From Dehalococcoidia bacterium UBA5620 (GTDB lineage Bacteria > Chloroflexota > Dehalococcoidia > GIF9 > UBA5629): DNA of 64,000 bases. Each line of letters starts with the position of its first letter. Position 1 is the first letter of the stretch. The DNA is taken from positions 34,882-98,881 of the forward strand of contig DIKK01000022.1 in the NCBI GenBank assembly GCA_002423605.1, written 5' to 3'. Of the stretch, positions 1-8,442 are shown in pieces. The position numbers were made by a program, and so were the translations under genes. Below the pieces are notes generated by a model that had not been told where the DNA came from, did no database searches, and saw only the letters and a list, made by a program, of their open reading frames with translations.

Positions 1-402
1 AGGCATAAGTTCGCCATCTGTTGTAAGCTCATAGCCTTCTGTTCTAAACGCATCTGCAGCATTTGCTATGCAGTCAGGACCAATGTAGTTTGGTGATTCA
101 GGTCGAAACCCACCACACCCTTTAATTAACGAGATCAGATTGGCCACTAAAAGCTCACCTGCCTCAGGCGCATTCTGCATTGCCCACATTAAGGTACCAC
201 GGACGCGTTTTGCTTTGCCTACAACTTGGCCCGATGCCTTCGGGTCGCCATTCTGGAGTTGCGTACGATTTATTTGAAATTCGATGTCTGAGTGGCTAGG
301 CTCACGCGTGACCGATTGGGCGTCATCGACGAGACGAGCGACTGCTATTATGATAGCATCAGATAATGGCCCTCCAGTCTTTGATCCATCAGCATTCAGC
401 AT
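1..402 (-). CDS. Hypothetical protein, N-terminal 134 aa only; the gene runs off the window start. Possibly Abi-like, unverified.
   Basis: Open frame on the minus strand from ATG (complement of 400-402) to position 1 with no stop. GGGAG sits 6 nt upstream of the ATG. Translation MLNADGSKTGGPLSDAII...GTLMWAMQNAPEAGELLVANLISLIKGCGGF. Not in the ORF track because it is partial. Confidence 0.4.
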   Translation of the reverse strand, partial: MLNADGSKTGGPLSDAIIIAVARLVDDAQSVTREPSHSDIEFQINRTQLQNGDPKASGQVVGKAKRVRGTLMWAMQNAPEAGELLVANLISLIKGCGGFRPESPNYIGPDCIANAADAFRTEGYELTTDGELMP

Positions 403-621
403 TTGATGCTCCCTTACTCCTCCACTTCGATCTTTAACCCAGCACTTGACCAATTGGACACCGTCGTAATTGCCCAGATGGATTATACCACTCCTTAGAA
501 TCCCCTGGCACTGTTGTTGACTACTGTTATTCTTAGGGAGTAGGGAGCGATCACTGAACTTCTGGCTACAAGGTGTAGTAGACTGCGGGCGAATATTAAT
601 TTACCTGCACATTAAATGTCC

Positions 622-652
622 TTAAAAATATAACAGTTATTATTGTATAATA
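622..652 (+). promoter_or_regulatory. Candidate sigma70-type promoter with extended -10 (TGTATAAT) for the MTase-HNH operon
   Basis: TGnTATAAT at 644-651 and a weak -35 TTAAAA about 17 nt upstream. The start codon at 667 follows a GAGGAG RBS. Confidence 0.4.
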
Positions 653-666
653 CGAGGAGAACAAAT

Positions 667-1581
667 ATGCTGAATAAAACAAACGTCCCCCATCCGATAC
701 CCTACCAAGGAAGCAAACGTATGCTTGCCCCAATAATATTAGACTACTTCCCAAAAGATGTAAGCACGTTATATGAACCATTCGCAGGATCAGCTGCAGT
801 ATCCATTGCTGCGTTATTTTCAGATAAAGTAAAACGAGTGCATCTTAACGATATTAATAAGCCACTTATCAATTTGTGGAAAATGATAACTGACAATCCT
901 ATATCAATATCATCCGCATATAAATCAATGTGGCAGGAGCAGATAGGGAATGAACGTACCTACTATGATCTCGTGCGTGATCGCTTTAACGCTAATCAGC
1001 AAGAAGCAGATTTACTCTATTTAATGGCACGTTGTGTAAAAGCCTCAATACGGTATAATGCATGTGGTCAGTTTAATCAAAGTCCTGACAATAGACGTAA
1101 AGGAATGAATCCAACTACAATGACCTATCATATTCATTCCGCCTCTCGCTTATTAAAGGGCAGGGCTATTTTCACAGCGATAGATTACCTTGAGATATTG
1201 AACCAAGCAACCGTTAGCGACATTGTCTATATGGATCCGCCCTATCAGGGAGTATGCGGACAAAGAGATTCAAGGTATTCCAATAGTATAGCTTTTGACA
1301 GATTTGTTTCCGCTCTACAATCTCTATCGGATAACAATATCCCGTATATTGTTAGTTACGATGGTAGAACAGGTGACAAGACCTATGGCATGAAACTTCC
1401 TGAATCCCTGCGGTTAAATCATATCGAAGTTCATGCTGGACGTTCATCTCAAGCCACACTCTTGGGGAGGAATCATGATACGTATGAGTCTCTTTATATC
1501 TCGCCTGCCCTAATATCCCGTCTTAATGCGCATGACTCAAGACTCTCATCTGTTGGCCAAACACCACTATTTGTCTATTAG
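667..1581 (+). CDS. N6-adenine DNA methyltransferase, Dam/D12 class
   Basis: DPPY catalytic motif (VYMDPPYQG). N-terminal AdoMet region PYQGSKR...EPFAGSAAV. ATG at 667 preceded by GAGGAG; the track ORF begins at 643. Confidence 0.85.
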   Translation: MLNKTNVPHPIPYQGSKRMLAPIILDYFPKDVSTLYEPFAGSAAVSIAALFSDKVKRVHLNDINKPLINLWKMITDNPISISSAYKSMWQEQIGNERTYYDLVRDRFNANQQEADLLYLMARCVKASIRYNACGQFNQSPDNRRKGMNPTTMTYHIHSASRLLKGRAIFTAIDYLEILNQATVSDIVYMDPPYQGVCGQRDSRYSNSIAFDRFVSALQSLSDNNIPYIVSYDGRTGDKTYGMKLPESLRLNHIEVHAGRSSQATLLGRNHDTYESLYISPALISRLNAHDSRLSSVGQTPLFVY

Positions 1582-1583
1582 TT

Positions 1584-2318
1584 ATGAATAATCAAGATTT
1601 ACCCGAAGACTTTATCAGGAAATTGAAAGCCGTTACAAACAAACGTCCACGGACAGTAATCGACCATATATTGAAAAATGGATATATCACCACTGAGGAG
1701 CTCAAAACACTATATGGCTATCAACACCCCCCACGTGCAGCACGTGATGTACGTGAAGAAGGCATTCCTTTAGAAACATTCCGCGTTACAGATAGTTCAG
1801 GCCGATCTATAGGTGCTTATCGTTTTGCCAATATCTCTGAAGCACGTTTTGGTCGTCTGGGTGGTAGGAAGATATTCCCAAAAGATTTCAAGACCGGTCT
1901 TATTAAGTTGTTAGGATGCAAATGTTCCATATGCTTGGATGATTATGAAGATCGTTATTTGCAAGTTGATCATAGAGTTCCATATGAGGTTACAGGTGAC
2001 GATAAATCTTTAGAGCGAGATTATAATGGTTATATGCTATTATGCGGCTCTTGTAATCGAGCAAAATCATGGTCTTGTGAACATTGTGTTAATTGGTCCA
2101 AAAATAAGAAACCCGATATATGCGGAGACTGTTATTGGGCACAACCAGACTCATATAAACATATAGCTATGCGTGAAATAAGGAGACTCGATATTGTATG
2201 GCATGAAGAAGAGGTTGCCGATTATGAGGAGTTGAAGAGACAGTCTGATTCTGTTATGACGAACATTCCCGATTTTGTCAAAGCTGTTCTAAAAAAGCAC
2301 ATTAGACGAATCCCTTGA
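1584..2318 (+). CDS. HNH endonuclease, candidate cognate restriction enzyme of the upstream MTase
   Basis: ATG lies 2 nt after the MTase stop, suggesting translational coupling. Zn-finger/HNH core: CKCSICLDD...QVDHRVPY...CGSCNRAK...CEHC. Confidence 0.65.
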   Translation: MNNQDLPEDFIRKLKAVTNKRPRTVIDHILKNGYITTEELKTLYGYQHPPRAARDVREEGIPLETFRVTDSSGRSIGAYRFANISEARFGRLGGRKIFPKDFKTGLIKLLGCKCSICLDDYEDRYLQVDHRVPYEVTGDDKSLERDYNGYMLLCGSCNRAKSWSCEHCVNWSKNKKPDICGDCYWAQPDSYKHIAMREIRRLDIVWHEEEVADYEELKRQSDSVMTNIPDFVKAVLKKHIRRIP

Positions 2319-2579
2319 CATGGATTATGGTTCATATTAGATTGCACGGTAAGACATCACGCAATACTATTGCCTCCGTTGTTTATAGAATGCCCGATGT
2401 ACGCAGAGTAAGGCTTGCACGTTATTAAAAATATCAATAAAACAGCAACAAATCCTTTTCCGTGTTTCGCCCAATCATTCTTCTATATAATTGATGCCCT
2501 GTTTTAGACCCCCCTGTATCCCCATCTTCCCCTTCATCTGAGATTTCCAATTTTCCCTGGATGGTTTACGATTTTCAGC

Positions 2580-2753
2580 ATGGATAAACGCACTGAGCGT
2601 ATCTTTTACACGTTCAAAGAGGCCATGGAACATCTGGCGGTTAGCAGATACACGCTGCGCAAGCTGATGAGGTCAGGGCTACCGAGCCACAGGATAGGTA
2701 GGAAAATCGTGTTTCTGAAAGAAGATGTAGCGGACTGGATAAAAAGGCACTAA
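2580..2753 (+). CDS. Excisionase-like HTH DNA-binding protein, 57 aa, paralog 1
   Basis: MDKRTERIFYTFKEAMEHLAVSRYTLRKLMRSGLPSHRIGRKIVFLKEDVADWIKRH. Matches the excisionase/MerR-type HTH pattern. Shares a conserved leader (ttcccctggatggtttacgattttcagcaATG) with the copies at 6469 and 13351. Confidence 0.7.
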   Translation: MDKRTERIFYTFKEAMEHLAVSRYTLRKLMRSGLPSHRIGRKIVFLKEDVADWIKRH

Positions 2754-2878
2754 ATCTCATTCAGAACAGCAGTTTGATGCAAGAAACGCAAAATGATATT
2801 GTTAGGCACAGCCGGAGGCGCATAGTCGGTAAAGATAGTTTTCTGCTTACTTCTAAGTAAAAGGAGAATGCGATATAT

Positions 2879-3457
2879 ATGAGTGCAAGTATTATTGCGG
2901 CCATAGTAGTTATTATTGCCATTGAGTGTTACTACATAATATCGGAGATTAGGCTTGCCGCCCGCACTACACGGGGAACGGACAATACCCTTGATAAGGG
3001 AACGAGGCGACTTGTCTGGAGGCTTAGTGCAATCTCTTACAATATGGCGTGGATCCCCGTAATATTTGACTTCGGCCGCCTGATTATTCTGGGTGGCTGG
3101 CTAACATGGGTGGGCGTAGCTATCATGATTTTTGGTATTGTATTCCGGCAATATGCTATTTCTACCCTGGGGAAGTTCTTTACAGCAACAATACAGATTA
3201 AAAATGACCACGAATTAATCCAGACCGGCCCCTACCGCTATATCCGGCATCCGTCATACCTGGGAATACTCATCATGACCTTGGGTTTAGGAATTGCCCT
3301 AGCCAACTGGATTTCCCTGATACTATGTATAGTGCTTCCTACCATCGGCTTGATGCAGCGCATCAAGTTTGAGGAGAAGGAATTGGAACAGCACTTTGGT
3401 AACCAATACCAGGACTACAGGAAAAACACTTGGCGTGTTATCCCGTACATATATTAA
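2879..3457 (+). CDS. Isoprenylcysteine carboxyl methyltransferase (ICMT/PEMT) family membrane protein
   Basis: Multi-TM protein. C-terminal signature TGPYRYIRHPSYLGILI...EEKELEQHFG. Confidence 0.75.
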   Translation: MSASIIAAIVVIIAIECYYIISEIRLAARTTRGTDNTLDKGTRRLVWRLSAISYNMAWIPVIFDFGRLIILGGWLTWVGVAIMIFGIVFRQYAISTLGKFFTATIQIKNDHELIQTGPYRYIRHPSYLGILIMTLGLGIALANWISLILCIVLPTIGLMQRIKFEEKELEQHFGNQYQDYRKNTWRVIPYIY

Positions 3458-3514
3458 ATCGGGCTTATATATTGGACACAGGCCAGATGGAAGATGGGGA
3501 GGCACTACATCCCT

Positions 3515-3566
3515 CCTTTGACGCTTTCCCTGCCGCTTCCCGGCGGTGGTACTAACTGTGGCGACC
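3515..3566. repeat. R2 repeat copy: a highly degraded integrase 3'-end/att scar
   Basis: cctttgacgctttccctgccgcttcccggcggtggtactaactgtggcga. About 80% identical to the 3' tail of the integrase remnants (ttgacgctcccctgccgctcc...ccccgacggcagcac). Further copies at 4597-4648 and 8014-8065. Confidence 0.5.
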
Positions 3567-3652
3567 TGTCCCCTTAATCTACAGGCTGACATGGAAGCTG
3601 GACTGATTTTAGGGGGGCGGGTCAGGCTAGTACTACACGGGATGATGTGACT

Positions 3653-3817
3653 GTGTCTAGAAGTGACTTCAGCGAGAGCATGTGGTTTACATTTACCGAG
3701 ACCCAGGAGTTCTTGGATGTCAGACATCAGACTATATATAAGCTCATGGAATCGGGCTTGCCATCTCACAAGATAGGCAAGAAGCGGGTCTTTCTAAAGG
3801 ACGACCTGGTAGAATAG
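3653..3817 (+). CDS. Divergent excisionase-like HTH protein (GTG start 3653, or ATG 3680)
   Basis: ...MWFTFTETQEFLDVRHQTIYKLMESGLPSHKIGKKRVFLKDDLVE. Same fold signature (LPSH+IG+K+VFLK+D) as the 57-aa paralogs. Sits directly downstream of an R2 copy. Confidence 0.55.
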   Translation: MSRSDFSESMWFTFTETQEFLDVRHQTIYKLMESGLPSHKIGKKRVFLKDDLVE

Positions 3818-3917
3818 ATTAAAGAACACTAACCGAATTTAACTCCTAAACACTTAAGCTCTGTCATACTAAGGTTGCGATAGCGCTGTAATACTTTGTT
3901 ATGCCGCGACTCATTAC

Positions 3918-4334
3918 TTATTTAGTTAAGTGGTAGCCTTCATCAGTCAGTGCTTTTCTAGCAGCGTTTCTTTGGCCAAGAGAGGCTCCATTATTTCTGG
4001 CGAATATGAGCACCTTGTCGAGTATTGCCCTAATTCCAGCCTTATCATTGCGATCAGGTAATGTCCAAGAGGAGGAAGCACCGTCTTGGAATTCGATATG
4101 AAGCTGATTGTTATGAATCTGAGAGGTCATTCTTTGTTTGGCGATTGACCTACCACGTCCTGTTGAGGTTCGATAAGAACTTCCTCCGTCTCCAGTGAGC
4201 GTTTGAATTCCCTCATACGTCGAATTCGGAGGCAATTCAAATACACGTCTAAGAACGTCATCCTCAGTCTCTCCAAATTTACCACGACCTGCGATAGCTT
4301 GCCAGACTTCTTCAGATATTTTAATAGTACGCAT
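3918..4334 (-). CDS. Hypothetical protein, island cargo
   Basis: 138-aa ORF MRTIKISEEVWQAIAGRGKFGETEDDVLRRVFELPP.... No motif I can assign. Confidence 0.45.
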   Translation of the reverse strand: MRTIKISEEVWQAIAGRGKFGETEDDVLRRVFELPPNSTYEGIQTLTGDGGSSYRTSTGRGRSIAKQRMTSQIHNNQLHIEFQDGASSSWTLPDRNDKAGIRAILDKVLIFARNNGASLGQRNAARKALTDEGYHLTK

Positions 4335-4596
4335 AAGTAACTCCTTAATAAGTATTACTTCTTATATTATCACTACTTCTTATAGAAGTCAAGCGCCTTT
4401 TAAGATAAGTAAATCGGAATGTCCTATTTACAGGTAAGTTTTCCTACGTGTCGTTTGGTTGGGGGTGACTTCTATTGAATTAACTATTTAATAGCGAGGA
4501 TTGTATTTGAAATGATGACATGACGATGCAAGGGCACCAGCTTATACTGAGAGCACACATTATTAGGCCAACCTCATCTCAGCGGGTTCTCATCTC

Positions 4597-4648
4597 CCCT
4601 TTGCCGCTCCCGTGCCGCTTCCGCGCCGTGGTACTAACTGTGGCGATC
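4597..4648. repeat. R2 repeat copy
   Basis: ctttgccgctcccgtgccgcttccgcgccgtggtactaactgtggcga. Followed about 75 nt later by the tRNA-like fragment, the same arrangement as at 8014. Confidence 0.5.
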
Positions 4649-4728
4649 TGTGGTCACACGTATATTGGGCCAATACAGGACGGTATTTAATGATATTCCA
4701 CGGGATGGGACGGTATGTCTGGCTCATC

Positions 4729-4766
4729 GTTACGAAACCGCTGCTCTACCACTGAGCTACGCTGGC
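4729..4766 (-). other. tRNA 5'-half-like fragment (acceptor strand, D arm and anticodon loop; reads as Thr-CGU-like). Not an intact tRNA.
   Basis: Minus strand GCCAGCG TA GCTC AGTGGTA GAGC A GCGGT TTCGTAA, then no complementary anticodon-stem 3' strand, no T arm and no acceptor 3' strand. Lies 12 nt downstream of the integrase-remnant stop. Confidence 0.55.
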
Positions 4767-4781
4767 GCTCACGATGCAGGG

Positions 4782-4967
4782 TTAAAGTTTTGACGCTCCC
4801 CTGACGCTCCGGGCTACCCCCGACGGCAGCACTTCATCAAGTAACGCCATGGCATCTTCCTGCATGCCAGATATTATATGTGAATATGTATCCATGGTAA
4901 AGGCTACGCTGGCATGTCCCAGAGCCTCAGAAATCACCTTGGGCTTGGCTCCCACATGGAGTCCCAA
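4782..4967 (-). pseudogene. Tyrosine recombinase (phage-integrase family) C-terminal remnant
   Basis: ...KPKVISEALGHASVAFTMDTYSHIISGMQEDAMALLDEVLPSGVARSVRGASKL*. Carries the catalytic-Tyr box. Only about 60 aa; the upstream part is non-coding. Confidence 0.75.
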
Positions 4968-5250
4968 GTAATGGGAAACTATGCAGACCCGTCAGACCCT
5001 GCAGGTATGAATTTATAATCCTGGTGTGTGATGCAGCCCATTATTATTTTATTGCTATTGTCGCCATGTTTGAGACCCGGTGGGGGTCGCAGGAATCATC
5101 CGCATCCGTGGCATTATTGGAATACTGGATGCAGTCTGTGTGTGTTGCGGCCTGCTGTTTGAGCGTCAGCCGAGCGTCCGTGTATTTGGTCGTCAGGATG
5201 GACAGCGGGTTGGGAGACCGCCGTCCACTATACATCTCAATGCCCAGATT
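4968..5250. repeat. R3 conserved non-coding block, copy 1 of 2
   Basis: About 85% identical over ~250 nt to 11160-11400 (cagcccattatt.ttttattgc...ccatgtttgagacccggtgggggt.gcagga...). No convincing protein in any frame. Confidence 0.5.
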
Positions 5251-5439
5251 ATTGCATCTGGTGGGCAAAGGCCTATTCCAGATTGACCTGTTCTTGAGGT
5301 CATTGTGCTTGTGGGACTAGTTGAAAAAGTGGTATAAGTATTGACGGAAGGCTCAAGATGGCTTTGACAGGCGTTGACTTTGCATAACGTCAATATAGTT
5401 TATTACATCTATACAGTATAATATTGGCCCTGAGAATAG

Positions 5440-6201
5440 ATGCTAAAAAGAAAGAGGCAAAACTACTTCAGCCTAATTTTCTCAGTAATTACTGCCATCC
5501 TGTCGATAGCTGCCATCTGTATATCAATAATAGCTGTTCGTCAATCCGAAAAAGCAAACTTACTATCTGAAATCGTAAATTCACCTATTATCGTAGTGAC
5601 AAACACAAACGAATTTGATTTCGCTACCCGCCAAGGCACCGAGAAGGTATCCATCATGAATACTGGCGGCCCGATAAGAGAATATACCTCTGGTTTCGCG
5701 TATATAATAGAAATATACTGCGTCTGTAGAAATAGTGGAGGAATGTTTAATGAAGGGCTGGAGTTGGAATTTAACGGTTATTTCGATACGGTTCAACGAA
5801 GTAATTCTCTTCAAGGTATAATCGAAACTGCCTGGTGTGATAATAACTACGGTAAAGACCTGGCGCTAAGTGATGAATTTGACGACGCTGCTGCCAAAGA
5901 TGGCTATAGTTACAGCATCAGATCCCGTAAATTAGTATGGATTAGTTATAAAAATTTCTTAGGGAATGAATATATGAAAGCCTTTAGCATAAACCCTTAT
6001 ACTAATACGAATACGGCATCAGAAATACATTATCAATCTTTTAGAGACAAAGCGTTACTACCGTCCTTTATGAACGCGAATGAACCAAAAAGCAAAGGTG
6101 TATCTTGTGATTTAAATACAACCACAGGAACACAGCTATGGGACTGGTACAAAAATCGTGGATTAGGTGACGATTGTCGTTCTGATTGTGCTGGTAGATA
6201 G
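5440..6201 (+). CDS. Hypothetical membrane-anchored protein, island cargo
   Basis: 253-aa ORF with an N-terminal TM helix (LIFSVITAILSIAAICISIIAV), a Cys-rich C-terminus, and lower GC than the backbone. Confidence 0.45.
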   Translation: MLKRKRQNYFSLIFSVITAILSIAAICISIIAVRQSEKANLLSEIVNSPIIVVTNTNEFDFATRQGTEKVSIMNTGGPIREYTSGFAYIIEIYCVCRNSGGMFNEGLELEFNGYFDTVQRSNSLQGIIETAWCDNNYGKDLALSDEFDDAAAKDGYSYSIRSRKLVWISYKNFLGNEYMKAFSINPYTNTNTASEIHYQSFRDKALLPSFMNANEPKSKGVSCDLNTTTGTQLWDWYKNRGLGDDCRSDCAGR

Positions 6202-6468
6202 AATTGATAATCCGCTTCAGCACCTGACCTGCTTCCCAATACTCATACCATCTCTTAAGTCACTCCCACAAGCACTTAGGCATGCCAATAAACTGATTGG
6301 CATGCCCCCCGTGCTAGCTATAACATGCAGGGAAGGATCCGGGTTTGTTATTTAACCTATCATTGTTTATGCCGTTATCTCCAATGTTTTAGACCCACCC
6401 CCATATCTCCCATCTTCCCCTTCATCTTAGCTTTCCAATTTCCCCTGGATGGTTTACGATTTTCAGCA

Positions 6469-6651
6469 ATGGATAAACGCACTGGGCGTATCTTCTACAC
6501 GTTCAAAGAGGCTATGAATCATCTGGCGGTTAGCAGGTACACGTTGCGCAAGCTGATGAAGTCAGGGCTACCAAGCCACAGGATAGGTAGAAAGATCGTG
6601 TTCCTGAAAGAAGACGTGGCCGACTGGATAAAAAGGCAGAGCCCTCAGTAA
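6469..6651 (+). CDS. Excisionase-like HTH protein, paralog 2 (60 aa)
   Basis: MDKRTGRIFYTFKEAMNHLAVSRYTLRKLMKSGLPSHRIGRKIVFLKEDVADWIKRQSPQ. Same leader as paralog 1. Confidence 0.7.
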   Translation: MDKRTGRIFYTFKEAMNHLAVSRYTLRKLMKSGLPSHRIGRKIVFLKEDVADWIKRQSPQ

Positions 6652-6772
6652 TCCGAGCTTCCGCTAGATCGCATCACTGAAGGCCGGAGATGGCGATGCT
6701 ACCTGACTCGACGATTAAGAGTCCTTGTTGGCCATATTCTAGGCTTGCGTCAAATATATAAGCTAGGACTCT

Positions 6773-7933
6773 TTATTCGAACTTAAAGCCCTTATTCTTG
6801 AAAACTATCAAACAGGCATCCACTACATCGGCGTCGTAGAGTCTACCTCTGTTTTGTGAAATCTCCTCCAGTGCCTTATCTATGCCTAGCGCTGGGCGGT
6901 AAGGACGGTGAGAAGACATGGCCTCAACCACATCGGCAACAGCCAAGATTCTAGCCTCTAGGGAAATGTCTTCTCCAGAAAGACCGTTAGGATAGCCAGA
7001 ACCATTCAGCTTTTCATGGTGTTGGAGTATCGCCTGGGCAACTGGCCAAGGGAAATTTACCCCTTTCAGTATATCATGAGCGACTTGTGGATGAGTCTGA
7101 ATAATACCGAGTTCATGATTGCCTAACTTACCAGGTTTGCTCAAAATTTCGGATGGCACAGCTACTTTCCCAATGTCGTGGATGAGCCCTATAATACGTA
7201 TTCCCTCAATCTGGTCTTCTGAAAGACCCACCTCAGTGGCAATAGCACAAGAGAGCCGAGCTACTCGCTTTTGGTGAGATGCAGTATAGGGATCCCTGCT
7301 CTCACATAGGATTATTATGGAGTTAACGGTTTCACTAAACGTCACTCGTGAACTATCGAAATCTTGTAGAATTCCTGTTTCCCGTTTTGTTAGCCCTACT
7401 ACAGTAGCTGAGCGTCCTTCCATCTTGACAGAGAACTCAACCTTTCCATTAGTAATAACATTTCTGTCTTTGGCAGTAAAGAGCTTAATAGCTATATTAT
7501 CAGCCAGTTGCAGTTTATAAGTCTGTCCTTTATAAGCTTTGAACATCAGGAAAAACCATAGGAATAAGGTTAAGGCAATCACAATCCAGTACAAGACGAC
7601 TAGGAACCAATAGAGAGTATCATTGGCGATTTTAACTAAGCTCAGAACTATAATCGGCACGGTGAGTATTCCAAAGGTTACAATTGATTGACGAGCGTGG
7701 AAGCGAACGAAGCTATCTTCTCTCTTTATAATTAGCAGAATTATTCCAGATATCCAGCCAAGTGAATAGCAGAGAAGTCCAGCAATATTAGGTCGCAGGT
7801 AGGTAACAGCAGTTATATACCATACTCTTGTCTTACAGATCGCCACTTTACTGTTACGGTAAAGCTCTTTAATGTAATCGACTGCCTTTGTAACTATAAC
7901 GTTCACTGAATATCGCATCTCTCTAATTTGCAT
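6773..7933 (-). CDS. Membrane-anchored HD-GYP domain protein (predicted c-di-GMP phosphodiesterase)
   Basis: N-terminal TM helices. HD domain HDIGKVAVP ... HHEKLNGSGYP (HD-GYP signature). Confidence 0.75.
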   Translation of the reverse strand: MQIREMRYSVNVIVTKAVDYIKELYRNSKVAICKTRVWYITAVTYLRPNIAGLLCYSLGWISGIILLIIKREDSFVRFHARQSIVTFGILTVPIIVLSLVKIANDTLYWFLVVLYWIVIALTLFLWFFLMFKAYKGQTYKLQLADNIAIKLFTAKDRNVITNGKVEFSVKMEGRSATVVGLTKRETGILQDFDSSRVTFSETVNSIIILCESRDPYTASHQKRVARLSCAIATEVGLSEDQIEGIRIIGLIHDIGKVAVPSEILSKPGKLGNHELGIIQTHPQVAHDILKGVNFPWPVAQAILQHHEKLNGSGYPNGLSGEDISLEARILAVADVVEAMSSHRPYRPALGIDKALEEISQNRGRLYDADVVDACLIVFKNKGFKFE

Positions 7934-8013
7934 TATTATCCCATGCGCACTAAGCTGTCCCCAAGTATTTATACCACTTCCTAAGTTAGTCGTGCAAGAG
8001 ATTGAACTTACCC

Positions 8014-8065
8014 TATTTGGACGCTTTCCACGCCGCTCCCCGGCGGTGGTACGAACTGTGGCGAT
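8014..8065. repeat. R2 repeat copy
   Basis: tatttggacgctttccacgccgctccccggcggtggtacgaactgtggcga. Confidence 0.5.
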
Positions 8066-8147
8066 ATATGGTAACCCGTATATAAGACCAATACAGGGCT
8101 ATATCAAACAATATCTAACAGGATAGGATTGTATGTCTGGCTCCTCG

Positions 8148-8184
8148 TTACGAAACCGCTGCTCTACCACTGAGCTACGCTGGC
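8148..8184 (-). other. tRNA 5'-half-like fragment, copy 2
   Basis: Identical core to copy 1: GCCAGCGTAGCTCAGTGGTAGAGCAGCGGTTTCGTAA. Confidence 0.55.
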
Positions 8185-8199
8185 CCGCACGATGCGGGG

Positions 8200-8385
8200 T
8201 TAAAGTTTTGACGCTCCCCTGCCGCTCCGAGCTACCCCCGACGGCAGCACCTCATCAAGCAACGCCATGGCATCTTCCTGCAGCCCCGATATTATATGCG
8301 AGTAGACATCCATTGTAAAAGCTACGCTAGAATGTCCTAGGGCTTCTGAAATGACTTTAGGCTTTGCCCTACGCATCAAGGTCAC
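8200..8385 (-). pseudogene. Tyrosine recombinase C-terminal remnant
   Basis: MTLMRRAKPKVISEALGHSSVAFTMDVYSHIISGLQEDAMALLDEVLPSGVARSGRGASKL*. Confidence 0.75.
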
Positions 8386-8442
8386 TAGCGAAGATGTACC
8401 GTGGGTCGTGACTTATGCTCTCTAGGCTTGCCCGTCAGAGTG

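Noticed and set aside
643-666. Track start at 643 for the MTase
   Set aside because: The in-frame ATG at 667 has a GAGGAG RBS at ideal spacing. 643 has none and would overlap the -10 element.
4729-4766. Calling the repeated tRNA-like segments genuine tRNA genes
   Set aside because: Cloverleaf folding fails after the anticodon loop: there is no complementary anticodon-stem 3' strand, no T arm and no 3' acceptor strand. They are fragments only.
5024-5393. Four overlapping 66-98 aa ORFs in the R3 block
   Set aside because: They are mutually overlapping in a repeat that is conserved at nucleotide level rather than amino-acid level. None shows an integrase-like or other motif.
5340-5440. Promoter/operator call for TTGAC-N10-GTCAA and TATAAT upstream of 5440
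   Set aside because: The spacing of the candidate -35/-10 elements is off (14 nt), and the TATAAT is only about 18 nt from the ATG. Too uncertain to list.
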